From contig NW_024705353.1 in NCBI RefSeq assembly GCF_018977255.1, positions 1 to 52,203 on the forward strand: 52,203 nucleotides of DNA. The letters are read 5' to 3'. The notes under the pieces are model-generated. The model did not search any database. It saw nothing but the letters and a program-made list of their open reading frames with translations, and was not told the DNA's origin. Below, one piece after another: positions 51,415-52,203 of this stretch. Position numbers and translations under genes: made by a program. Each line of letters opens with the position of its first letter. The stretch's first letter is position 1. Origin of the DNA: Callorhinchus milii. Lineage: Eukaryota.

Positions 51415-51748
51415 CCAACAAGATACAACAAGATCTCATTTATAGAGCGCCTTTCACGTCGGGACGTTGTCCCAAGGCGCTGGAGAGTTGGGTCGGGACC
51501 CGAGCATTGGGGGAAATGGTCAGGGTGAGGGGAGGGAAGGGAGGGAGCGAGGAGGAGGTAGAGAGTCGAGAGGGGAGCTGAAGGCCCGGCCACCGATGGT
51601 AGGGCGGTTGGGGCGGGGGATGTGGAGCAGACCGGAGCCAGAGGAACGGAGGGGACGGGCAGGTAAGTAGCGGGATAGAAGGTCTGAGAGGTAGGATGGA
51701 GCGAGGCCGTGAATGGCCTTGTAGTTGAGGGTAACGATCTTGAATTCC
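51415..51748 (-). mobile_element. L2 LINE 3' end, same family as 505-1017, with an internal deletion
   Basis: [22 protein letters not shown] is joined directly to SPLDSLPPP. The deletion falls between two gccttcagc repeats. Confidence 0.88.
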
Positions 51749-52203
51749 ATCCCAATCACTCTGTTCCGGAGAGTAAAGGCAAGGAATGGCAAGAGCCAAA
51801 GTTTGGGCACCCGAGAGCATGGGTTGGAGTAACTGCTGGAATCTAATCAGCGAAAACCCCATGGCTCGCAATTGATATTGCTGCCCGGCGAGCTTTCCTA
51901 TTTCTTTTCCAGCTGGGAACACCGTACAAGTTAGGACTTTTTTACAGGGTTAATAGGAGCCGACTAGGAGGATATCTGCCCCAGTGTCTGGTCTGCCCTT
52001 CGGGTGCTGTCGATGAGCCGGACTGGGCTGTGCTGCTATCAGCAGTGCCCTGGAATACCACGGACCCGCCACCGGCTCAGGAAACAGAGCAGAGTCGGTT
52101 ACGGAGGACGCCTCGATTCCGATAACCTGCAGCCAAACCTTTCCACCTCGGAGCCGGTTCAGCCCTTCGGATAACCCGCCCACTCACTCCCCTCACCCCC
52201 ACG

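Overview
Eukaryotic (vertebrate) DNA, most likely a cartilaginous fish; this is inferred from the NLR subfamily sequence and the DeuSINE/L2/CR1 repeat content. The window holds one multi-exon NOD-like receptor gene on the minus strand (about 36780 to 2936). It has a short N-terminal exon, two exons encoding a divergent CARD-like helical domain, a 66-nt linker exon, one large NACHT exon (30768-28981) and a run of symmetric phase-2 LRR exons (87/171/87 nt, then 168 nt and a terminal exon). No PYD or B30.2 domain is visible. The NACHT exon carries a 1-nt deletion frameshift, and both copies of the 171-nt LRR exon carry small deletions at different sites. About 9.8 kb containing three LRR exons is duplicated in tandem across a 30-N gap, which is more likely an uncollapsed contig overlap than a real duplication. 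Introns and flanks are filled with degenerate CA/CT/GA microsatellites, L2 and CR1 LINE fragments, tRNA-derived SINEs, a solo LTR, minisatellites and older segmental repeats. Most entries in the ORF track are microsatellite artefacts. I cannot demonstrate a new biological system. The best leads are the cassette-like LRR exon modules, an inverted CT/GA intronic satellite that could form competing RNA pairings, and clustered NF-kB-like sites upstream.
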